DNA of 41,179 nt from Myxococcota bacterium (GTDB lineage: Bacteria > Myxococcota_A > UBA796 > CAJQPC01). The notes beneath the pieces are model-generated. The model was not told the origin of the DNA, did no database searches, and saw only the letters and a program-made list of their open reading frames with translations. The position numbers and the translations under genes were made by a program. Location: NCBI GenBank assembly GCA_036337845.1, contig JAYZDK010000065.1, positions 1 to 41,179 of the forward strand, in the 5' to 3' direction. Shown here piece by piece: positions 34,192 to 41,179 of this stretch; within the stretch, counting starts at the first letter, position 1, and every line of letters starts with the position of its first letter.

Positions 34192-36578
34192 CCTTTTCCA
34201 GCTCCAGCACGCAGGGCATCCACAACAGAGCCGGGGGTAATCACCTCGGGAAGCGCTATGGGCGCTGCCTCCGGATCCGCCGGGAGGACCAGGTAAAAAG
34301 GAACCCCCGCTCGGCCAAAGCGCTGCAACCACTCGGAAATCACCTCATCTCGGCGCGTCCAGTCCGCCATCAAGGGAACCACCCCAAGCTCCGCCATGGC
34401 TGTGCGCACAGTCTCGGTATTGAGAACCTGCTTCTCGTTTACCTTGCATGTCAAACACCAATCCGCCGTGAAGTCGATGAAGACCGTACGACCGGCCAGG
34501 CTGGCCACTCGTTCTTCACTGAACGCCTGCCAGGGAATCTCCTCCGTGAAATCCAGGTCCACAGAGAGCTCTGAACCCACAACGGCCGACTCTGCGGGCT
34601 CCATCACCAAGAAGGCCCGGCCTGCCAGTGCCGAGATCACAACCGCCACAGCCAAGGCCGAACCCTGCTGCCTGCCAGTGCGACCCAGACCACCCCAGCG
34701 ACCGAAAATCCAAGCTCCCAAGCCAACGAACACGAAGAAGGCCAGCAGCCCCGTGCCGCCTTCTCGACCCGTCTGCGCCATAAATACGTCGACCAGCCAA
34801 ACGGTGGTCGCCATCAAGGTAAATCCCAGCAGCTGCTTGAAGCTCTCCATCCAGGCGCCCGGTTTGGGTAAAAACCGGAACAAAGCCGGAACAAAGGCCA
34901 CCAGAAGAAAGGGGGCCGCAAGACCCAAACCAGCCGCAGAAAACGCCAGCAGAATGCCCCAGGCCGGAAGACTGAACGCGAGCCCCATGCCCGTTCCAAG
35001 AAACGGTGCACTACATGGCGTGGCCAGAAGCGTCGCAAATGCGCCCGTGAGCAAATAGCCCACAGCACCCTCCCCCTGAGAAGCATCGTTGGCTTTGTTT
35101 GCGCCAATCGCGGGGACCTCAAACACCCCGAACAAGGAGAGCCCAAACACAAACACAACCGTCGCCAAGGCCAGCACGTACGGAGGATATTGAAACTGGA
35201 AGCCCCAGCCCAGCCCCAATCCCAAGCTGGAACGCAGTCCGATCAAAACCCCTGCAAGGGCCCAGAAGGACAAGACAATCCCAGCAGTGTAGGCGAGTCC
35301 AGCCACACGCCGCTCAGCCTGACTTACATCCGATTGTTCCACAAGACTGTAGAGCTTCAGCGACAAGACCGGAAGCACACAAGGCATGACATTGAGCAGC
35401 ATGCCCCCAAGGAACGCCAGGCCAAGCATCTTCAAGAGCCCAATGTCCGAGCCAGGCGAAGGAGTGGACTCTGCGTTTTCCAGTGGTTCCGAAGGAGGGC
35501 CCTCAGCAGGCACATCCCCTGCACCCGCACTGAGAAGGGGCGACTGAGAGGCCACGGTCTCGGTGCCGAGCGCCACAAAGGGAAGCGGCACTACCACTTC
35601 CGTAGCGATCCGCTTCTCGCCCACCTGTAGCTGGAGGAGACCGCCCACATGCTCGCCTTCCGGAAGCTCTTCCAACTCGTAGGCCATGCCCGACAGAAGA
35701 ACCTTCAGTCCTCCTCCCTCCGTGGCATCCACGCGCGCATCCATGGGCATCCAGGAGTCCGAGACGATGGGTGTGAAGGCCGGCCAGGTTCCCGCATCGA
35801 CCGAAAACTGCAGCGGAGCGTCGGTGGTTGGGGAGAGCACAATGGCCAACTGGAACTCATCTCCGGGATGAACGGCTGAATCCGAAAGAGCATGCTCCAC
35901 GTTGAATTCTTTGATGCTCACCGGGTGAGACGGATGCCGCGCCTCGAAATGATCGAACAGCTCCGAGTACGCGTTTGGCTCCGATGCCCCCTGCGGTCCC
36001 ACGTTGTCAATCGGAAGCGTAAGCTCCGCACGTCCCGGGATACAGGCCACCTCACACACCAGCCAGTCCACCTCCGCTCCAAGCTCCACTTGGGTCCCCG
36101 GTGTAGCCTCAGACAGGGTGACTTCTGAAAAGAAGAATGCCTGGCCGTCATAGCCGTAGGAGATGATGCCTTCCTGGTCGAACCGCTCCGGCACCGGGAA
36201 CTCAAAATCGCTCGCCTCCGCACCTGAAGGAAGAGACCACTGAATCTGGGTCCGCAACCCGATATCCCCTGGAGACTTCCAGTAGGTATGCCAGTTTGTC
36301 TTCTGCTGGAGCTGCACCCCGAGCCGAAACGACTCACCCGGCCGAACCGCATCTCGATCGGCTACCAACCGCGCCAGAACAGGGTGAGGCTTGCCCTGGG
36401 GATCGAGAGACTGATCCCACGCACTGGCCGGTAGTCCAGAAAAGTCAACGAGGGGAGCAGGGTTATCAACGCTTCCAGCGTGCGCCGTGGGCACAGCCAG
36501 CGATCCTAGAAAAGCCAGTAAGGCCCAACGACAATTCCACTTCAAGTGTGTCACAGCCTCTCCATCGAACATCACCAT
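34188..36578 (-). CDS. dsbD: Protein-disulfide reductase DsbD/ScsB family
   Basis: WHTYWKSPGDIG and WLVCEVACIP (N-domain); NVMPCVLP and ATPCSAP (TM domain); DFTADWCLTC (thioredoxin domain). Confidence 0.9.
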   Translation of the reverse strand: MVMFDGEAVTHLKWNCRWALLAFLGSLAVPTAHAGSVDNPAPLVDFSGLPASAWDQSLDPQGKPHPVLARLVADRDAVRPGESFRLGVQLQQKTNWHTYWKSPGDIGLRTQIQWSLPSGAEASDFEFPVPERFDQEGIISYGYDGQAFFFSEVTLSEATPGTQVELGAEVDWLVCEVACIPGRAELTLPIDNVGPQGASEPNAYSELFDHFEARHPSHPVSIKEFNVEHALSDSAVHPGDEFQLAIVLSPTTDAPLQFSVDAGTWPAFTPIVSDSWMPMDARVDATEGGGLKVLLSGMAYELEELPEGEHVGGLLQLQVGEKRIATEVVVPLPFVALGTETVASQSPLLSAGAGDVPAEGPPSEPLENAESTPSPGSDIGLLKMLGLAFLGGMLLNVMPCVLPVLSLKLYSLVEQSDVSQAERRVAGLAYTAGIVLSFWALAGVLIGLRSSLGLGLGWGFQFQYPPYVLALATVVFVFGLSLFGVFEVPAIGANKANDASQGEGAVGYLLTGAFATLLATPCSAPFLGTGMGLAFSLPAWGILLAFSAAGLGLAAPFLLVAFVPALFRFLPKPGAWMESFKQLLGFTLMATTVWLVDVFMAQTGREGGTGLLAFFVFVGLGAWIFGRWGGLGRTGRQQGSALAVAVVISALAGRAFLVMEPAESAVVGSELSVDLDFTEEIPWQAFSEERVASLAGRTVFIDFTADWCLTCKVNEKQVLNTETVRTAMAELGVVPLMADWTRRDEVISEWLQRFGRAGVPFYLVLPADPEAAPIALPEVITPGSVVDALRAGAGKG

Positions 36579-36648
36579 ATCTCATCAGGCTCACCCACAG
36601 AACCCGGAAAGCACGTGCCCGCCGGGTATTCGGTTAACCAATCGCAAC

Positions 36649-38739
36649 ATGTCTACGAACACCCCAAAGAGCCTCGACACCCCCGAAGCCCAGGCACAAC
36701 CTGAGGATCGACCGCGCGGAGTCTGGGCCAGCCTCATCGAACCGACCGCATCCAACCTGAGCGCAGCCGAGCGCCGCAAGTCTCGCATGCTGGCCTCGAT
36801 CCTGGTCATCACATTCCCGATTGCCATCTTTGCGCTCTCTGTGCGGGTGATGCTGCAGCCCAGCTACCTACCGGTCTTCAAAGTGGTGATGCTGTGTATT
36901 GGGCCATTCACCGTATTTCCCTATTACATGGCCCGAAAGGGAATCTGGCGAGCCGGCACCTTTACCTATCTGTTGGGTACCGAGGCTCTCATCCTGTTCA
37001 GCATGATGACGGATGTGGACTCCGAATCCCGCTTTCGCAACTCCTTGATTGTGGTCTTGGCTGCCGCGCTTCTACTGGAGATGAAGGACACCGCAATCAT
37101 CGTCGCGCTCAGCGTCGTGGGCCTGTTGTTGATTGCTACGGTCGTAGACCCAAGCGACGTCGTTCTTGTGTATACATCGATCAATTATCTTCTGTTCGCC
37201 TCCGCCATCATCCTCGTCACACAGCACTACAGAGCCCAACTTGAACGGGATCGAGCCCAGGATTTGGAGGAACGAGAAGCACGGCAGCGACGCTTACTCG
37301 AGGCCACATTCGATGGAATCGCAACGGTAGAGGAAGGCATCATTCAGGAAGCCAACTCTGGCTTCAGCGCCCTGTTCGGTCTTGAGACCAAAGGCATGCT
37401 TGGGCAGCGCCTCAGCTCTTTCATGTCCGAAGAACAGCAGCAACAGACCGAGGACATACTCTCCTCATCTGAGCAGTGTATTCAAGAGCTGGTGGGACGC
37501 AGGCCCAACCGCCATCCGGTCTACATCGAGGTCTTGTTCGAGCCCCTTGTCGGCAGTTCAAACAGACACCTGCTCGCCATACGTGACAACACCGAACGAA
37601 AAGAACTCCAGGCCAGCCTGCAGGTCGCAGACCGAATGGCGGCTATCGGATCGCTGGCTGCCGGCGTGGCTCACGAAATCAACAACCCCCTGACCTATGT
37701 TCTGGCCAATCTCGAGGAAGCCTCAAACCGGATTGCCCACCTCGACAGCACAGATCTTGAGGCCAATCTCCAAAAAGCCAATCAGTGTCTACACATCGCA
37801 TCCGAGGGGGCTGGTCGAGTTCAGCGCACAATTCAAGACCTCAAAACGCTATCTCGTTCCGATGACGAGCCCATACTACCCGTCGATGTCCAAGAGGTAC
37901 TCGACTCCACAATCGGGATTGCGCTGAACACGGTGAGGCACCGAGGCAAGCTGAATACCAGCCATGAGCAGACACGTTCAGCCCTGGCCAACAAGTCCAG
38001 GCTGGGCCAGGTGTTCCTCAACCTGATCATCAATGCAAGCGAGTCACTCCCAGAAGACCAGAATCTCCAAATCTATATCGACTCCTACGAGACCAAAGAA
38101 CACATCGTCGTAGAGGTTCGCGACACCGGAAGTGGTATTCCCACCGAGCAACTCGACCGCATATTCGACCCCTACTACACCACCAAACCCGTGGGAGTCG
38201 GCACCGGTCTTGGACTCTGGGTGTCTCGAAACCTCCTTCACAACATGGGGGGAGAGATCGAGGTCGAGTCCACAGTGGGAGAAGGCTCCCTGTTCCGGGT
38301 CAAACTCAAAGCCACAAACGAACGGCCTCCGCCCCCGCAAGACACGCCCCTCAGTGCACCCCGACTGGATATCAAGGCCAATATTCTCATCGTCGATGAC
38401 GAACCGGCCATTGTCGACCTGGTATCGGACATCCTGCTCCCCTATCACCAGGTCAGCGGAGCCGGCGGTGGAACCATCGCGATGAAGCGCATCCTGGAGG
38501 AGAAGTTCGACCTGGTGATCTGTGACCTCATGATGCCAGACCTCAGCGGTATGGACCTCTACGAGAAGCTAATGGAGGCCCAACCACAGGACATTCCTCT
38601 GTTCCTGTTTCTCACCGGTGGTGCCGTCAACAACAAGTCGAGAGAGTTCGTGAACGACCCGGCACATACCGTGCTGCAAAAACCCTTTCAGCCCAAGAGC
38701 CTCAGAAACGCAGTACAGGACCTGCTGTCCAAGTCATAA
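36649..38739 (+). CDS. Membrane hybrid sensor histidine kinase (TM region-PAS-HisKA-HATPase-REC)
   Basis: GVAHEINNPL, QVFLNLIINA, DTGSGI, TTKPVGVGTGLGL, ILIVDDE, CDLMMP and KPF. Start taken as ATG 36649. Confidence 0.93.
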   Translation: MSTNTPKSLDTPEAQAQPEDRPRGVWASLIEPTASNLSAAERRKSRMLASILVITFPIAIFALSVRVMLQPSYLPVFKVVMLCIGPFTVFPYYMARKGIWRAGTFTYLLGTEALILFSMMTDVDSESRFRNSLIVVLAAALLLEMKDTAIIVALSVVGLLLIATVVDPSDVVLVYTSINYLLFASAIILVTQHYRAQLERDRAQDLEEREARQRRLLEATFDGIATVEEGIIQEANSGFSALFGLETKGMLGQRLSSFMSEEQQQQTEDILSSSEQCIQELVGRRPNRHPVYIEVLFEPLVGSSNRHLLAIRDNTERKELQASLQVADRMAAIGSLAAGVAHEINNPLTYVLANLEEASNRIAHLDSTDLEANLQKANQCLHIASEGAGRVQRTIQDLKTLSRSDDEPILPVDVQEVLDSTIGIALNTVRHRGKLNTSHEQTRSALANKSRLGQVFLNLIINASESLPEDQNLQIYIDSYETKEHIVVEVRDTGSGIPTEQLDRIFDPYYTTKPVGVGTGLGLWVSRNLLHNMGGEIEVESTVGEGSLFRVKLKATNERPPPPQDTPLSAPRLDIKANILIVDDEPAIVDLVSDILLPYHQVSGAGGGTIAMKRILEEKFDLVICDLMMPDLSGMDLYEKLMEAQPQDIPLFLFLTGGAVNNKSREFVNDPAHTVLQKPFQPKSLRNAVQDLLSKS

Positions 38740-38773
38740 CCCCCCGTGTTCCCATCACGCTCTTGGAGTCATT

Positions 38774-39460
38774 CTGAACACTGCGATCATCATCCCCGCC
38801 CTCAATGAGGCCCAATCCCTTCCACTGGTGCTCAACGCCTTGAGCACCCTGAAGCCTCCGAGTGGCTCTCTGAGTTGTCTGGTAGTCGACAACGGAAGCA
38901 CCGATGATACCGCTGAGGTCGCCAGAGATCTCGGGGCCCAGGTCATCCACGAGAACCGCCGCGGCTATGGGAGTGCTTGTCTTGCCGGTCTGGCGCACCT
39001 GCGCGACAGTCCCCCAGACATCGTGGTGTTCCTCGATGCCGACTACTCCGACCACCCCGAAGAACTATCACTTCTGCTGGCACCCATTGTGGAAAACCGA
39101 GCCGACCTGGTCATGGGCGATCGCACCCAACTGGCTATGCCTGGCGCTCTGATGCCTCAGCAACGGTTTGGCAACGCACTGGCCACCCGACTGATCGCCT
39201 GGCAGACCGGTCACCGATACCGCGACATGGGACCGTTTCGCGCCATACGGTGGAATGCCATCGAGTCCTTACACATGTCGGACCCCACCTGGGGCTGGAA
39301 TGTAGAAATGCAAATGCGTGCTGTGCAACAGCACCTGCGTGTACTGGAAATTCCCGTAAAATACAGGCCCAGAACCGGACAATCCAAGATCTCCGGCACT
39401 CTGAAAGGCAGTATCCGTGCCGGTGGAAAGATCCTCTGGGCGGTATGGCGATACCGATGA
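38774..39460 (+). CDS. Glycosyltransferase family 2 (DPM1-like)
   Basis: IIIPALNE lies upstream of the ORF-track start, followed by VDNGSTD, RGYGSAC, FLDAD, DMGPFRAI, GWNVEMQ and SKISGT. Probable CTG start at 38774 behind GGAG. Confidence 0.85.
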   Translation: MNTAIIIPALNEAQSLPLVLNALSTLKPPSGSLSCLVVDNGSTDDTAEVARDLGAQVIHENRRGYGSACLAGLAHLRDSPPDIVVFLDADYSDHPEELSLLLAPIVENRADLVMGDRTQLAMPGALMPQQRFGNALATRLIAWQTGHRYRDMGPFRAIRWNAIESLHMSDPTWGWNVEMQMRAVQQHLRVLEIPVKYRPRTGQSKISGTLKGSIRAGGKILWAVWRYR

Positions 39461-40077
39461 ATGCTGCATCCATCATGGCCAAAGTACCCATTGCAGGAGA
39501 GGTCAAGACCCGTTTGAGTAAAACCTTGGGAGCAGAGGGGGCCACAGCATTGCACGTGGCCATGGCCGAAGACGTCGCCGAGCTCTGCGAACAGGCGGGC
39601 GTGACCTACCAGTGGGTAGTAGCTGGAGAGCGTTCCCATCCCTGGGTTCAAGCTCTCACCGCTCCCATCCAGACACAGGCTAGTGGCAGCCTGGGCAACC
39701 GAATTGCACAGGCCATCGGCTCACGAGGGTTCGCGCTTGGCTGTGATGCTCCAACACTGCCGCCTGCTTGGATTACCCAGGCCGCAAGGAGTGAAGCCGA
39801 CCTGGTTTTGGGCCCCACAAGAGATGGTGGCTGCTGGACAATTGGCTGGAACACCGCATGTCCCGACTGGTTTGAGGGCATACCCTGGTCCACCGATGAG
39901 GTGTTTGCCCTGCTGCTTCAGAGAGCGCAGCGCAAGAATCTGGTGGTCGAGGTGCTCGAGCCCTGGTACGACGTGGACGAACCTGACGATGTATTGCACC
40001 TGGCAAATCACCTGGAAAGTCTTCCTGAAGACCGCGCCAGGCGAACCCGCCGGTTGCTGGCAAACCTGGGAGTGTGA
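39457..40077 (+). CDS. DUF2064/TIGR04282-family glycosyltransferase-like protein (CofC-like fold)
   Basis: MAKVPIAGEVKTRL, Q..GSLGNRI, GCDAPTL, LGPTRDGG.W.IG, IPWST and WYDVDEPDD; ATGA overlap with the GT2 gene. Confidence 0.88.
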   Translation: MNAASIMAKVPIAGEVKTRLSKTLGAEGATALHVAMAEDVAELCEQAGVTYQWVVAGERSHPWVQALTAPIQTQASGSLGNRIAQAIGSRGFALGCDAPTLPPAWITQAARSEADLVLGPTRDGGCWTIGWNTACPDWFEGIPWSTDEVFALLLQRAQRKNLVVEVLEPWYDVDEPDDVLHLANHLESLPEDRARRTRRLLANLGV

Positions 40078-40085
40078 GATCGGGC

Positions 40086-41179
40086 ATGGCAAAGATTGAT
40101 TCAGGACTCGTAGAACCACTGGAAACCATTCACATCATGGGTATCTGCGGCACCGCTATGGGCTCTCTAGCGGGCATGCTGATCGATGCCGGCTACCAGG
40201 TGACCGGTTCAGACACCGCAGCCTATCCTCCGATGGGAGATTTTCTCGCCTCTCTGGGTATCGAGGTGATGGAGGGCTTCAACGCCGAGAACCTGGACCA
40301 CAATCCCGACCTGGTCGTGGTGGGCAATGTCGTGAGGGCTGTCTATGACGAGGCCACAGCACTTGTAGAAAAGGACCTGCCCTACTGTTCTTTTCCGCAC
40401 CTCCTCGGGGAACTCGTGCTCAACGAGGCCCGCAGCATTGTCGTCGCCGGCACCCACGGAAAGACCACCACCACAGCCATCACGACATGGCTCGCACAAG
40501 CGGCCAACCTGGAGCCTGGATGGCTGGTTGGAGGCGTCGTACTCGGCCTGGAACGCAGCGCACACCAAGGAGCAGGCAAGCTCTTCATTATCGAAGGAGA
40601 CGAATACGACACCGCCTTTTTCGACAAGCGGCCCAAGTTCCTACATTACCGAGCAAACACCGCAATTCTGACCTCTGTAGAGTTCGATCACGCAGACATC
40701 TATCGAGACCTGGACCATGTCAAAGAGAGCTTTACCGCCCTGGTGGAGAGCCTGCCTGAGGAAGGTCTTCTCATTGCACGCTGGGACGACCCCAACGTCC
40801 GTGCCGTGGCCTAAGGGGCTGCATGCACCGTCTGGAAGTACGGGCCAGGAATGGAATGGAGTGGGGAAATCCTCTCTGTGAATCACGACACAGGCACCAT
40901 GCGCTTCTGCGTTCGACGAAACGACACGACGGTGCTGGAAGCGGATACCTCCTTGGTGGGCGAACACAACCTGTGGAACCAGGTCGCTGCCGTCGCTGCA
41001 TTGGTTCGGGAAGGCTTGGACCCCCAGGTCATCGCCCAGGGGTTTTCATCCTTCCAAGGAATCCGTCGCAGGCAGGAGGTGCGCGGCACTCCTGGCGAGG
41101 TCGCCGTGGTGGATGATTTTGCTCACCACCCAACCGCCGTCTCCGTCACCTTGGATGCCCTTCGATTGAAATTCGGGGG
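40086..41179 (+). pseudogene. mpl: Murein peptide ligase Mpl (MurC family) interrupted by an in-frame TAA at 40812-40814; 3' end runs off the window
   Basis: IHIMGICGTAMGSLA, YPPM, AGTHGKTTTT, EGDEYDTAFFDKRPKF and EFDHADIY before the stop. The same frame continues after it with GEHNLWN, FQGIRRRQE and DDFAHHPTAV. Could be a sequence error rather than a true pseudogene. Confidence 0.8.

Noticed and set aside
40812-40814. Stop-codon reassignment or Sec/Pyl insertion in mpl
   Set aside because: The codon is TAA rather than TGA or TAG, and all three stop codons terminate genes normally elsewhere in the window.

Overview
Gene-dense, roughly 60% GC bacterial chromosome segment, most likely from a Myxococcota/deltaproteobacterial lineage (Haliangium-like microcompartment genes, MopE-type Cys/Asp-repeat lipoprotein, HEINNPL hybrid kinase). 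From left to right: (i) a complete minus-strand SUF Fe-S operon (Rrf2 regulator-sufB-sufC-sufD-sufS-sufU-sufT-sufA) ending in a YgfZ-like protein with a TPR-like tail, with an IscR-like 25-bp operator; (ii) DUF309, xth, a FIST sensor, a 598-aa probable metal-dependent methyltransferase coupled to a Zn-ribbon membrane protein, a PilC/GspF-like gene, aat, a deoxynucleoside kinase and a GT-C glycosyltransferase; (iii) secreted proteins/lipoproteins, a ComEC-like MBL hydrolase and ComEA; (iv) a compact 8-gene bacterial microcompartment (BMC) operon of the Haliangium ochraceum type (BMC-Tdp, BMC-H, 3 BMC-P, BMC-Ts, acylating aldehyde dehydrogenase, class II aldolase) of unknown substrate; (v) GT2/asnB, a histidine phosphatase, hslO, dsbD, a hybrid kinase, GT2/DUF2064, and an mpl gene with an in-frame TAA. 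No rRNA, tRNA, CRISPR array or mobile element was recognised. All family assignments come from motif recognition and recalled sequences, not database searches.
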